A stretch of 64,000 nucleotides of DNA. It comes from Halobacteriovoraceae bacterium. GTDB taxonomy: Bacteria > Bdellovibrionota > Bacteriovoracia > Bacteriovoracales > Bacteriovoracaceae. The notes under the pieces are model-generated. The model did not search any database, had not been told where the DNA came from, and worked only from the letters and a program-made list of their open reading frames with translations. The translations under genes were made by a program, and so were the position numbers. How positions within the stretch are numbered: the first letter of the stretch is position 1; each line of letters begins with the position of its first letter. The stretch lies in the NCBI GenBank assembly GCA_963719505.1, contig CAVRCF010000005.1, positions 64,001 through 128,000 of the forward strand, read 5' to 3'. Below are positions 1-9,996 of this stretch, one piece after another.

Positions 1-237
1 TGTTGGGGTGCTCCTTTAAGAGACTCAGATGATATCAAGCCATGGACTAGAGAGAGCGGAAAATTTAATCAGTTTAAATGGGTTTTCTTTGATCAAGATA
101 AAATTGAGCTTAGAACCGTTAAAGTTGATAATGCAATTGAGGTTGATTCTGTCGATTTAAACGATAGGTTCTCAGAACCTTCAGGTCTTGATCTATGGGA
201 AACTGTCCACGGAACTGTGATGACAATCACCAAATAG
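1..237 (+). CDS. 3' end of a gene running off the window; probable metallophosphoesterase (purple acid phosphatase-like) C-terminus
   Basis: Frame +1 is open from base 1 (CWGAPLRDSDDIKPWTR...) to TAG at 235-237 and abuts the next ATG. The CWGAPLR motif resembles calcineurin-like phosphoesterase C-termini. Confidence 0.5.
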   Translation, partial: CWGAPLRDSDDIKPWTRESGKFNQFKWVFFDQDKIELRTVKVDNAIEVDSVDLNDRFSEPSGLDLWETVHGTVMTITK

Positions 238-1098
238 ATGTTAGCATCTAAAAATCAAAATATTGTTTTAATTTTAAAACTTGCCACGATTTGTCTGTTC
301 TTAGGACGAGCGTGGCAGCATCTTTTTTGGGATGGCCCTTATAGAGTTCTTTTTTGGAATCAAGATTTTTTTGAACCCGTCATAACCACTGTCACATCGA
401 TGAGCTGGAATGAGTATGCAACTTCAAGTCAGATGAATGGTCTTATTGATTCTTTCACCCGCGCCCTAGGTGTCTTTTACGTTTTCATGGCCTGTCTTTG
501 TGGCTTTTATAAAGGTCACCAAAAAATTATCAAATGGCTTCTTTTTCTTTCATGTTTTCTTCTCTCCTTTATGTTTTTTCTCTCCTTTGTCGATAAAGCT
601 TTTTATATCGGTATGTTTATTGAGCACACGACTCAAATGTGTTTACCCATTGTTTTAGTTTTGGCCTATAAAGAAAATATTTCAAAAGAAAGATTTATTA
701 TTATCTCAAAAATACTAATAGCTCTCACTTTTATCGGTCACGGTCTTTTTGCCGTGGGATTTCACCCCGTGCCTGGAAATTTTGTGCAGATGCTTGTGAC
801 AGTATTAAATGTTTCAGAACCTACAGCGGTGAATTTGCTACTGGCCGCAGGTATTTTTGATTTCACTTGCTCCCTTCTTCTTTTCTTTCCCAAAGTCGAT
901 GTCATAGCTTTAAGTCTTATGGCCTTTTGGGGAATTGCGACGGCACTCGCTCGGGTTCTAACTAATATCGATTTTAATTTACTCCAGATGTCTTCCCATC
1001 AGTGGATAATGGAAACCCTCTATCGACTTCCCCACGGGTTACTGCCTCTATGCATACTGTTTGTTATTCACTCATCTATAGATAACAAAAGACTATGA
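238..1098 (+). CDS. Multi-pass membrane protein, unknown function
   Basis: 286 aa with about 7-8 hydrophobic segments; coupled to the upstream gene. Confidence 0.8.
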   Translation: MLASKNQNIVLILKLATICLFLGRAWQHLFWDGPYRVLFWNQDFFEPVITTVTSMSWNEYATSSQMNGLIDSFTRALGVFYVFMACLCGFYKGHQKIIKWLLFLSCFLLSFMFFLSFVDKAFYIGMFIEHTTQMCLPIVLVLAYKENISKERFIIISKILIALTFIGHGLFAVGFHPVPGNFVQMLVTVLNVSEPTAVNLLLAAGIFDFTCSLLLFFPKVDVIALSLMAFWGIATALARVLTNIDFNLLQMSSHQWIMETLYRLPHGLLPLCILFVIHSSIDNKRL

Positions 1099-1216
1099 TT
1101 TTTTGCGTTAGATTTACTTTTCTTCTAAAAAAGTGCTTCTTTTCCCTAGAGATTTAGACAATTTTTCTTTATTCATTTAAAATAGTCCCTTAAGTTTTCA
1201 ATAACTTTGGAGGATT

Positions 1217-3874
1217 ATGTCGTTAGACATGGATGAGCTTCTTAAGAAGTGTGCAGAAGAAAAAATACAATTTATCGCAGAAGTGCAAGAGTTTGCCTGT
1301 CTCTTTGCCGTAGACGAAAACTTCACCGTAAAAGTCGTCAGTGAAAATATAGATCAATTTGATAGTCGGCTGAAGCTTGGAAAAGACCTCAAGAGTATTT
1401 TGGGGGAAAAAGATTGTGATCAATTAGAGAAGAATATTTTTAGAGAAGATCTCATTACAAACTATTCGATAAAACTGGGGTCTGAGGAAAAAAAGTTCTA
1501 CTGCTATAGGACTGGAGATCTCTATGTTTTTGAGCATGAGATTAAAAAAGATGAAACTCACGTCACTCAAAAAGAGGGGCTTATCTCAGCGATTACAAGT
1601 TTTTCTCTTGGGTCAATGAGCTATGAGCTAGGTCTTAAAAGCTTAGCGAACTTGATGGCCAAAAATATTAAAAGTTTTATCGGCTATGATAGAGTCATGG
1701 TCTATCAATTTCATCCCGATCTTCACGGTGAAGTTATTGCTGAGGCTAAAGAAGAGCACTTGGAACCCTTCATAGGGATGCACTATCCAGAATCTGATAT
1801 TCCAAAACAGGCCAGAGAGCTTTTTATTAGAAACCAAATAAGGCTAATTTCTCATATTAAAGGAGACAGAATAGGCCTTCAAACGACGGATGATATCAAG
1901 GCTTTAGATTTATCGGATTCAATTTCGAGATCACCATCAATTGTCCACGTGGAATATTTAAAAAATATGAAAGTCGGTGCCTCTTTGACGATATCTATTA
2001 TCTTAGATGGAAAATTATGGGGTTTAATAGCTTGTCATCACTATAAAGAGAAGTTTATCTCCTTTGCCAGTCGGTCATTTTTAAAGCTCATTGGCTTCTC
2101 TTTCGCAGCAGAGGTTGGAAAGTATAGGGCCAGTCTTTATAATGAAAGATTAAAAAAAGTAAATATGATTACCGTCTCATTTATGGATAAAATTGCACGA
2201 TTGAAAGATAATTTCCAAACCAGTTTTCTAGAAGATATCGTTCAAGGTCAATCTGCCAACCTCAAAAGCCTCCAATCAGCGAATGGTTTCTATCTACAAG
2301 TCGGAAACGATATTTTTACTGCAGGGGAAGTTCCACCTTCGAATATAATCGAGTTTATTGAAAAAGAAGTGCTAAAGGCCCAGGAGTCTCCATTTTTCTC
2401 CACCAATAATTTAAGTGCTCTCGATTCAAGCTTCAAATCTGTGTCCAGTAAAACCTCGGGAGTTCTCGCTGCAGGTCTTGTCGCTGGTGATTCCAAATGT
2501 CTCGTCATGTGGTTTAGACCCGAGGTAAGAGAGGAGATCAAGTGGGCCGGAAAGGATGACAAAGAAGTTGTATACGATGGAGATCAGCCAAGACTAACTC
2601 CAAGAGGCTCTTTTGATGAAATCATCAGACTTCAAACCCATAGCTCTCTTCCTTTTGATGATCAAGATAGAAAAATAGCTTTTGAATTTCTTTGGTTTTT
2701 AAGTAAAGTTCTTTTAGAACAACTAAGATTAGTCGAAACAAATATAAAAAACTTGGAAAGAGAGGCCAGTGAGAAAGATCGCTTTATCTCAAATCTCTCT
2801 CATGAGCTAAGAACACCTCTGAATAATATTTTAGGATGGATGCAACTTTATGATGAGGATTTGAAGGTCAACGAGAGACTTGAAGAGCTTGCTGGAGTTA
2901 TCAAAAGCAACTCTAAACAACAGCTTAAGCTTGTGAATGACCTTTTGGAAGTGTCAAAGATCTCTTCGGGTAAAATTACTCTCGACGTCCATCCAAGTGA
3001 CATTAGAGCAAATATTGAAAAAGTAACAAAGTACTTTCAACCAAGTTTTGAAAACAAAGATATTGAATGTTTTCTCAGCCTAGGAAGTGAAGAGCTTATT
3101 TGCACCGTTGATGAAACTCGTTTCGAACAGGTACTTAGAAATATAATTCAAAATGCTTTGAAGTTTACTCCTAAAGGTGGAGAAGTCTTTATCAAAGCAA
3201 AGAAAAAAGACTCTGATGTGTCTATTGAAGTTAAAGATTCTGGTGTTGGTATCGCCCCTGAAGAAGTGAAAAATGTCTTCAAACAATTTTATCAAACGGA
3301 TAGTAGTCGTTCTAGGATTAATAAAGGCATGGGGCTTGGTCTTTCTTTGGTCAAAAATATTGTGGAACTTCACGGTGGAAGGGTTCGAATAAAAAGTGAA
3401 GGAAGTAACGCTGGAACTTCAGTCATAGTGAAGCTACCGCTGTCGAGTTTAAAGGCACGTCCTCATGTCACGGAATCAAAGCCAGTTTCAGCAGAAGGTT
3501 CTGTTTTAGTCGGTAAAAAAATATTATTAGTCGAAGACACTTTGGACTCTGCTCGATTTATAAAGATCTACCTCGAAAAACATGGCGCTGAAGTCGAGTG
3601 GCTAAGTAATGCAAAAGATGCGCTAAGACTTCTTGTTAAAAGAGAGTTTGATCTCATTCTTTCAGATATTGGTTTACCAAATATGGATGGATTGGAGTTT
3701 GTTGCAAAGGCCAGAGAGATTGAATTAAATAGTAAAAAACCTTATGTTGCCATATCGGCTTATGGAACAAAGGATGAAGTTCAAAGGTCTTTATCAGCCG
3801 GATTTGATAATCATTTAGTGAAACCAGTAGATCTTCATCAACTTATTGAAGAAGCGAAAATAAGGCTTTTATGA
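1217..3874 (+). CDS. bphP: Bacteriophytochrome, hybrid histidine kinase (PAS-GAF-PHY-HisKA-HATPase-REC)
   Basis: N-terminal Cys (KKCAEEKI), GYDRVMVYQF, ESDIPKQAR (DIP motif), HVEYLKNM, PHY tongue PRGSF, SHELRTPL H-box, GMGLGL G-box, receiver LLVED/DIGLP/KP; RBS GGAGG. Confidence 0.95.
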   Translation: MSLDMDELLKKCAEEKIQFIAEVQEFACLFAVDENFTVKVVSENIDQFDSRLKLGKDLKSILGEKDCDQLEKNIFREDLITNYSIKLGSEEKKFYCYRTGDLYVFEHEIKKDETHVTQKEGLISAITSFSLGSMSYELGLKSLANLMAKNIKSFIGYDRVMVYQFHPDLHGEVIAEAKEEHLEPFIGMHYPESDIPKQARELFIRNQIRLISHIKGDRIGLQTTDDIKALDLSDSISRSPSIVHVEYLKNMKVGASLTISIILDGKLWGLIACHHYKEKFISFASRSFLKLIGFSFAAEVGKYRASLYNERLKKVNMITVSFMDKIARLKDNFQTSFLEDIVQGQSANLKSLQSANGFYLQVGNDIFTAGEVPPSNIIEFIEKEVLKAQESPFFSTNNLSALDSSFKSVSSKTSGVLAAGLVAGDSKCLVMWFRPEVREEIKWAGKDDKEVVYDGDQPRLTPRGSFDEIIRLQTHSSLPFDDQDRKIAFEFLWFLSKVLLEQLRLVETNIKNLEREASEKDRFISNLSHELRTPLNNILGWMQLYDEDLKVNERLEELAGVIKSNSKQQLKLVNDLLEVSKISSGKITLDVHPSDIRANIEKVTKYFQPSFENKDIECFLSLGSEELICTVDETRFEQVLRNIIQNALKFTPKGGEVFIKAKKKDSDVSIEVKDSGVGIAPEEVKNVFKQFYQTDSSRSRINKGMGLGLSLVKNIVELHGGRVRIKSEGSNAGTSVIVKLPLSSLKARPHVTESKPVSAEGSVLVGKKILLVEDTLDSARFIKIYLEKHGAEVEWLSNAKDALRLLVKREFDLILSDIGLPNMDGLEFVAKAREIELNSKKPYVAISAYGTKDEVQRSLSAGFDNHLVKPVDLHQLIEEAKIRLL

Positions 3875-4392
3875 GTTTAAGACAAAGAATAAGAGAGGAG
3901 ACAAAAGATCTTCATGATCAACTCGAACAACAGTATCCGTTTAATGCTCTTTTTGACTCTAAAAACTTAAAGCAGGATGTCGAGAATGCCTTGAGTTGCT
4001 TTAGTTGCATGTTCAAAGATTTTCTCCTAGAGAATCAAAAGAGTGATCCTTTCTTTCTAGACTCATTAAGTCAACTCGAAAAGGTTAGTGGCGCTACGAC
4101 CTTGAAGAATTTTTCTTTTAAAGATGATGAAAACCTCAACCTATCAATGCGTTATCTCTTTATTGGTTCTCGAATGGGAAATAGACTGCTTGTCCAAAAA
4201 AATCCAAAAGTTGTTGAGTTTAAAGGAGGAGAATACTTCTCATTAGATTGCCCTCAAGAGCTTTGGAAAGAGCTCATCAGTGACTTGGATAATATTGTCG
4301 ATCCAAAGCAGCAAGATCAAATTATTAATGTTACGCGCTTTCTTTTTGTCCAACTTATGAACTTCGGTGCTCTGACTAAATCAGTTGTGTAA
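3871..4392 (+). CDS. bphO: Biliverdin-producing heme oxygenase (BphO-like)
   Basis: LRQRIREETKDLHDQLE proximal-His motif and YLFIGSRMG distal helix; 4-bp overlap with the phytochrome gene. Confidence 0.8.
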   Translation: MSLRQRIREETKDLHDQLEQQYPFNALFDSKNLKQDVENALSCFSCMFKDFLLENQKSDPFFLDSLSQLEKVSGATTLKNFSFKDDENLNLSMRYLFIGSRMGNRLLVQKNPKVVEFKGGEYFSLDCPQELWKELISDLDNIVDPKQQDQIINVTRFLFVQLMNFGALTKSVV

Positions 4393-4477
4393 TTAACTAA
4401 ACAAATTCATTTAAACCCCTAAAAGCTTATAAGTGAGGTTAAAGTACACTTGTAATTGCAATATAGAGGAGAATGTA

Positions 4478-5524
4478 ATGAAAGTTAAAGCTTACGCCAG
4501 CCATGGCAACGAGAAAGATTTAGAACAAATTGAAATTGAAAGAAGAGATGTCGGAGAAAACGATGTCGAAATCGATATTCACTATTGTGGTGTTTGCCAC
4601 AGTGATATCCACCACGTTCAAGGAGACTGGGGTGATGCTCCAAGACCAGCTGTTCCAGGTCATGAGATCGTGGGTCTTGTTACTAAAGTTGGATCCGGTG
4701 TGAAGAACTACAAAGAAGGAGATAAAGTTGGAGTTGGTTGTATGGTCGACTCCTGTCAAAGCTGTAATCCTTGCGAAAATGATCTCGAGCAGTTCTGTGC
4801 AGATGGAACGCAAACCTATGGATCACAGGATAAAAAATTAGAAGGCCACACTTTTGGTGGTTACTCTGAAAAAATAGTCGTCGATAAGAACTTTGTTTTA
4901 AAAGTTTCAGATAAATTAGATTTTAAAAAAGTAGCACCTCTTTTATGTGCTGGGATCACCACGTTTTCTCCACTCAATCATTGGAATGTAAAAAAAGATG
5001 ACAAGGTCGGAGTTGTAGGCCTAGGTGGACTAGGGCATATGGGTGTGAAGCTTGCTCATGCTATGGGGGCCAAAGTTGTCATGATCACGACAAGTCCAAG
5101 TAAAGCTGAAGATGCAAAAATGCTTGGAGCCGATGAGGTTTTAATTTCTAAAGATGATGAGCAAATGAAAAAACATGCGGGAAGTTTTGATTTTATTCTT
5201 AACACCATTCCCGTGGGTCACGATATGAACCCATACGTGCAGCTTTTAAAAGTCGATAAGACTATGTGTCTGGTCGGAGCTATCGAAGATCTGGATCCAC
5301 TCAATGGAGCGAACCTTATTCTTCGAAGAAGAAGTATTGCCGGTTCCCTCATCGGGGGCATCAAAGAGACTCAGCAAATGTTAGATTTTTGTGCTGACAA
5401 TAATGTTCACCCAGAAATTGAGATGATTAAAATCCAAGATATCAATAAGGCATTTGAAAGAGTGAAAGACTCTGATGTTAAATACCGATTTGTTATCGAT
5501 ATGAAATCACTTAAAGAGGCATAA
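4478..5524 (+). CDS. Zn-dependent NAD(P) alcohol dehydrogenase (cinnamyl-ADH/YahK type)
   Basis: CGVCHSD, PGHEIVG, structural-Zn cysteines, GLGGLG; start moved to ATG 4478, which follows GAGGAG. Confidence 0.95.
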   Translation: MKVKAYASHGNEKDLEQIEIERRDVGENDVEIDIHYCGVCHSDIHHVQGDWGDAPRPAVPGHEIVGLVTKVGSGVKNYKEGDKVGVGCMVDSCQSCNPCENDLEQFCADGTQTYGSQDKKLEGHTFGGYSEKIVVDKNFVLKVSDKLDFKKVAPLLCAGITTFSPLNHWNVKKDDKVGVVGLGGLGHMGVKLAHAMGAKVVMITTSPSKAEDAKMLGADEVLISKDDEQMKKHAGSFDFILNTIPVGHDMNPYVQLLKVDKTMCLVGAIEDLDPLNGANLILRRRSIAGSLIGGIKETQQMLDFCADNNVHPEIEMIKIQDINKAFERVKDSDVKYRFVIDMKSLKEA

Positions 5525-5525
5525 T

Positions 5526-5840
5526 ATGAAAGGTTTTATCGCTTTATCACTTTTACTCATAAGCACCTATAGTTTTTCAAACTGTGAAAAAGAAGTGCCT
5601 GTAATAGCTGATAGAGCGATGGATCTTTTTATCCCAGACCAAGATGAAGTCTATTGTGAAGCCATCGGTGGCATAGAGCAGATTATTGAACTCGAAACCC
5701 CTCAGGTTCTTCCTGTGACTTATGCCTATTTGATTACTTTTTACTATCCTTGTGGCCCTCATCCAGAGAAGCCCCAGGTAAAACTTCGTCTTAATGAAAG
5801 TTGTGATATTATTAGCGTCGATGTTAATAGTTATCAATAG
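5526..5840 (+). CDS. Small secreted hypothetical protein
   Basis: Signal-peptide-like N-terminus, 4 Cys. Confidence 0.75.
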   Translation: MKGFIALSLLLISTYSFSNCEKEVPVIADRAMDLFIPDQDEVYCEAIGGIEQIIELETPQVLPVTYAYLITFYYPCGPHPEKPQVKLRLNESCDIISVDVNSYQ

Positions 5841-5851
5841 GACGAAAACCT

Positions 5852-6646
5852 GTGATTAAGTTTATACTCATTGCCCTTATCAGTATTAGCTGTAGCGACA
5901 CTTTAAAAATAGTAGAAAAATACACTCTACCCATCAAGGAAATTTCAGGACTTTGCTTTAAAGGTGATACCCTTCATCTTATTAGTGATGCAGATGATAT
6001 CATCTACACACTGGATTGGAGTTCAAGAAAAACCAAGCTTAACCTTTCAAAAATTGACTTAAAGAAAATATCTGGAAAAACGTATGGAGGCCAGTGGGAG
6101 TCCATCTATTGTCACGCTGATGGAAGACTAAGTCTTTTGCAAGAAGACTCAGCTACTCTTATCACCCTTAATGCACTTCGATCAAAAATAGAAAAATCAG
6201 TACTATTAAAAACTCAGTCTTTTAAAGAATTTCATAAAACGTGGCAAAAACATGAGAATTCAAAAGGTGAAGGGCTCGTATTTTTACCGAATAAAAAATA
6301 TCTTGTGGTCAAAGAAAAAAAGCCCGTCCAGCTTCTGATGTTTAATAAAGAAGATACTCTTGAAAAACACTGGAAAATAGAACCCTCTAAAAAGAAGAGA
6401 GTTAAAGATATAAGTGAGTTAGCTTTTAATGGTAGTAAGCTGTTTTTCATAAGTGATAAGAGTAATGTCATCGGTGAGATTTTTGAATTTGCTGCAAACG
6501 ATGATCACTTTAAAATTAAAAACCTTAAAGATCTTCCTGAAGATATTGAAAAAGCTGAAGGGCTGGCCTTTAGCTCCTCTGGTCAGACAGTTATCGCTAT
6601 TGATAGCAAGTCGACTTCGGAGTCTAATCTTTTTGTCGTAGACTAG
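5852..6646 (+). CDS. SdiA-regulated/YjiK-like beta-propeller lipoprotein
   Basis: Lipobox ISISC; repeats EISGL, WESI, GEGL, ISEL, AEGL. Confidence 0.75.
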   Translation: MIKFILIALISISCSDTLKIVEKYTLPIKEISGLCFKGDTLHLISDADDIIYTLDWSSRKTKLNLSKIDLKKISGKTYGGQWESIYCHADGRLSLLQEDSATLITLNALRSKIEKSVLLKTQSFKEFHKTWQKHENSKGEGLVFLPNKKYLVVKEKKPVQLLMFNKEDTLEKHWKIEPSKKKRVKDISELAFNGSKLFFISDKSNVIGEIFEFAANDDHFKIKNLKDLPEDIEKAEGLAFSSSGQTVIAIDSKSTSESNLFVVD

Positions 6647-6726
6647 AATTTAAAATTCAATTATATTTATACACACGGCAGGTTATCAATGACTTTCCAA
6701 TTCGTCCCTTTAGGACAAGAGCAGCA

Positions 6727-8604
6727 ATGGATAAAAAATCAGAAAAATTTGGAACACTTCTTGGCGTGGCTTCTGGAAATGTTGGCATATACTCCTCAGA
6801 TTACTCGACAATAAATGAAGATGAATTACCAGATCGTCATACCTTTAGAAGTTATGTCGATGGAATCTTTATGGGCTATAAATGGCAATGTGTGGAATTT
6901 GCAAGGCGTTGGCTCTATATCAATAAAGGTTATATTTTTAACGATATCCCTATGGCCTATGATATTTTTCATTTAAAAAGCGTCAGGCACACGACCACCA
7001 AGGAAGTTCTTCCTTTGAGGTCTTTTGAAAATGGATCGAAAAGACATCCAGAGGCGGGAGCTCTTCTTATTTGGGATGAGGGGGGAGAGTTTGAAGAGAC
7101 CGGACATGTGGCGATCGTCTCTGAGGTTTTTCCAGATTGTATTCATATCGTGGAACAAAATGAAAGTCATAGCATCTGGCCTCAAGGTCAAAATTATTCT
7201 AGAAAACTTAAGGCCAAGATCGACTCAACCGGTGGCTATTGGATTGAATGTTCTTACCAGGATTCCTCCCTTTTAGGCTGGGTGGTTCAAACGGATGACT
7301 CTACCTTTTCTAAAGAGCATCTGCCTCAAAACGCCAAGCTCTTTCAATTATTAAAACGAAAAGCTCAAAACATGGGCCAAGCCGATATCCCTTGGCTAAA
7401 TATTGCCAATCCCGATGAGGAAGCTTATGTGGAAAGCTATGGTCTAACTATTAAAGATAGAAAAAGTGATCCCTATCAATATTTTTGCCTGTCTCAGACG
7501 GCGATGAGGGAAACTAAGCACGCTTGTAATGAACTTCACGCCATGTTTATGCATGCGACGGATTATGTCTTGGCCCACGAAGAAGTGTTGGAGAAATTTT
7601 GTATTCCCAAAGCTCTTTGGGCTAAGCTTCACGATTCTTGGAATCATCGAAGAAATGAGATGATCACAGGGCGCTTTGATTTAGCGTTGACCCCAAAAGG
7701 CATAAAAGTTTATGAGTACAATGCAGACTCAGCATCTTGTTATATGGAGACGGGTAAAATTCAAAAAAAATGGTCAAAGCATTTTGGATGTACTGAAGGA
7801 TTATGTGCGGGAGAGAAACTTCACTCAAAACTCATTGAAGCTTGGAAAGACAGTGATGTAAAAGGTGTTTTACATATTATGGTCGATCATGATTTGGAAG
7901 AAAATTACCATGCAAAGTTTATGCAAACCGCTATTGAAGAAGCCGGTATCCAGTGCAAAATTATAAAAGGTGTTGAAGAGCTTCAGTGGGGGGACAATAA
8001 TCAAGTCGTCGACCGCGACGGAGTTGAAATCAAGTGGGTTTGGAAAACTTGGGCTTGGGAGACGGCCCTTGATCAGATTCGTGAGGAGCTCGAAGAAAAC
8101 TCAGACCTTAAAACTCTGACCTCTAATTCAAATAAACACAGTAAACCAAGACTTGTGGATGCTCTTTTAGGACCAGAAGTTCTCGTTTACGAACCTTTTT
8201 GGACTCTGATTCCAAGTAATAAGGCCATCTTGCCTGTGCTGTGGATGCTTTATCCTGATCATCCATTTCTTCTAGAGTCTCATTTTTCACTAACCAATGA
8301 TCTCAAGGAAAAAGGCTATGTGAGTAAACCAATTGTCGGAAGATGTGGGGCCAATATAAAACTTTTCGCTGCCGGGGATTCTCTTTTACAAGAAACCGAA
8401 GGCTGCTTTGAACAAAGAGATCAGATTTATCAAGAGCTCTTTGCCCTGCAAAATGTTGATGGTGATAATATTCAGCTTCAAGCCTTTTCTGTTTCTGGAT
8501 TTTTTGCCGGAGCAGGTATAAGGATTGATCCTTCTTTGATTGTCGTCTCTGGAAGTGATTTACCCTCTTTGAGAGTGACTGACGATAAAGACTTTATTCA
8601 TTAG
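6727..8604 (+). CDS. gsp: Bifunctional glutathionylspermidine synthetase/amidase
   Basis: CHAP amidase KWQCVEFARR and GHVA; synthetase GRFD, YEYNADS, VWKTWAWE, KPIVGRCGANI; 625 aa. Confidence 0.95.
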   Translation: MDKKSEKFGTLLGVASGNVGIYSSDYSTINEDELPDRHTFRSYVDGIFMGYKWQCVEFARRWLYINKGYIFNDIPMAYDIFHLKSVRHTTTKEVLPLRSFENGSKRHPEAGALLIWDEGGEFEETGHVAIVSEVFPDCIHIVEQNESHSIWPQGQNYSRKLKAKIDSTGGYWIECSYQDSSLLGWVVQTDDSTFSKEHLPQNAKLFQLLKRKAQNMGQADIPWLNIANPDEEAYVESYGLTIKDRKSDPYQYFCLSQTAMRETKHACNELHAMFMHATDYVLAHEEVLEKFCIPKALWAKLHDSWNHRRNEMITGRFDLALTPKGIKVYEYNADSASCYMETGKIQKKWSKHFGCTEGLCAGEKLHSKLIEAWKDSDVKGVLHIMVDHDLEENYHAKFMQTAIEEAGIQCKIIKGVEELQWGDNNQVVDRDGVEIKWVWKTWAWETALDQIREELEENSDLKTLTSNSNKHSKPRLVDALLGPEVLVYEPFWTLIPSNKAILPVLWMLYPDHPFLLESHFSLTNDLKEKGYVSKPIVGRCGANIKLFAAGDSLLQETEGCFEQRDQIYQELFALQNVDGDNIQLQAFSVSGFFAGAGIRIDPSLIVVSGSDLPSLRVTDDKDFIH

Positions 8605-9172
8605 TTTTTAGTTTGTTTTTGACTCGGGAAAGACTGACGGGAGAAATCCCCAGATACAGAGCGATTTGATTGTCAGGTATGCGACTTTCGATATGGCCTA
8701 AAGTCTTTTGAAAGCTCTCATATCTTTCTTTGGCATCCAACATTAAAAATTCATATTCTCTTTGCTCTTTGGCGATGAAAAACTTCTCTACAATAATCCT
8801 TCCAATAGCATTCCAACAAGGATGTTCTAAGTAGAGCTCACTCACTCTTAGAAAGGGGAAAGAATAGCCGTTAATATCTTCTAAAGCTCTAATTTCCACA
8901 CGTGAAGGAATTTTTTTTAAAACCTCAACATAAGTGGAGGCGATATCATTTTCTGAAAAAAACGTTTTGATAAACTCCCGACCATCGGCTCCAATATAGC
9001 TTGCCTTGGCGATGCCTTTTTCAATGATATAAAAGTGGGTAGGGATAGTGCCTGTCTTTTGAATGACCTCTCCCTTTTTAAAAGAGAACTTATTGAATTT
9101 TGATTCAATCCTCTTCCATTCGTGCATGGGAATAGGCGTCAAACTGTCAAAAAATCTATAAAGCTTTTCCAT
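8594..9172 (-). CDS. Crp/Fnr-family transcriptional regulator
   Basis: cNMP-binding-like N-domain; C-terminal IALYLGISPVSLSRV HTH. Confidence 0.9.
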   Translation of the reverse strand: MEKLYRFFDSLTPIPMHEWKRIESKFNKFSFKKGEVIQKTGTIPTHFYIIEKGIAKASYIGADGREFIKTFFSENDIASTYVEVLKKIPSRVEIRALEDINGYSFPFLRVSELYLEHPCWNAIGRIIVEKFFIAKEQREYEFLMLDAKERYESFQKTLGHIESRIPDNQIALYLGISPVSLSRVKNKLKTNE

Positions 9173-9234
9173 ACATTATCTTATGTTAATGAAATTTAGC
9201 CTGTCAAAAGGCAATCTCTACCTTGAGGTAAATA

Positions 9235-9978
9235 ATGAGTAAAAATGTGTTTATTACTGGAGGCTTGACTGGCATCGGCTTCGAGGTTGCTAAACTTTAT
9301 CAAGCAAGGGGATATAAGGTTGGAATCTGCTCTTTTGAGGCTCCTCAGAGCATCTCAATAGAGACGGACTTCTCCTATTACCAAGCAGATGTAACGGATA
9401 AAGACGCCGTGAAAAAAGCGATCACTGAGTTTAAAAAAGATTTTAAAACCGTTGATATCGTTTTTGCCAATGCGGGAATTAACCATGAAAAACTCTCTAT
9501 TCCTAATTGGGATAGAGTGCGACAGGTTGTCGACGTCAATATCATAGGGGTTATCAATACCATTGAGCCCACCGTCGATATTATGAAAGAACAAGGTCAT
9601 GGACATATTATTACCATAGCCAGTGTTTCAGCTTTTTGTGGTTTACCGGGGATGGCGGGCTATGGGGCCAGTAAAAGTTTTATTCTCACCATGTCAGAGA
9701 CTCTGGCACTTGATCTTAAAAAGTTTGGCATAAATATTACTACCGTGGCCCCAGGTTTTGTTAAAACGCCACTGACACAGATGAATAGTCATAAAATGCC
9801 ATTTCTTATGGAACAAAGTGAAGCCGCGAAAATTATCGTGGAAGCTGCCGACAAAAAGAAAGTCTTAAAGGTCTTTCCTTCACCCATGGTTGCGGTGAGT
9901 TTAATCCTAAGACATTCACCACGATTTTTATACCGAAGGTTTATGTCTTCAAAGATATTGGGTTTTAGAACTCATTAA
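9235..9978 (+). CDS. Short-chain dehydrogenase/reductase
   Basis: TGGLTGIG, NAGI, YGASK. Confidence 0.95.
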   Translation: MSKNVFITGGLTGIGFEVAKLYQARGYKVGICSFEAPQSISIETDFSYYQADVTDKDAVKKAITEFKKDFKTVDIVFANAGINHEKLSIPNWDRVRQVVDVNIIGVINTIEPTVDIMKEQGHGHIITIASVSAFCGLPGMAGYGASKSFILTMSETLALDLKKFGINITTVAPGFVKTPLTQMNSHKMPFLMEQSEAAKIIVEAADKKKVLKVFPSPMVAVSLILRHSPRFLYRRFMSSKILGFRTH

Positions 9979-9996
9979 ATAAAGGAACTTAGAGCT

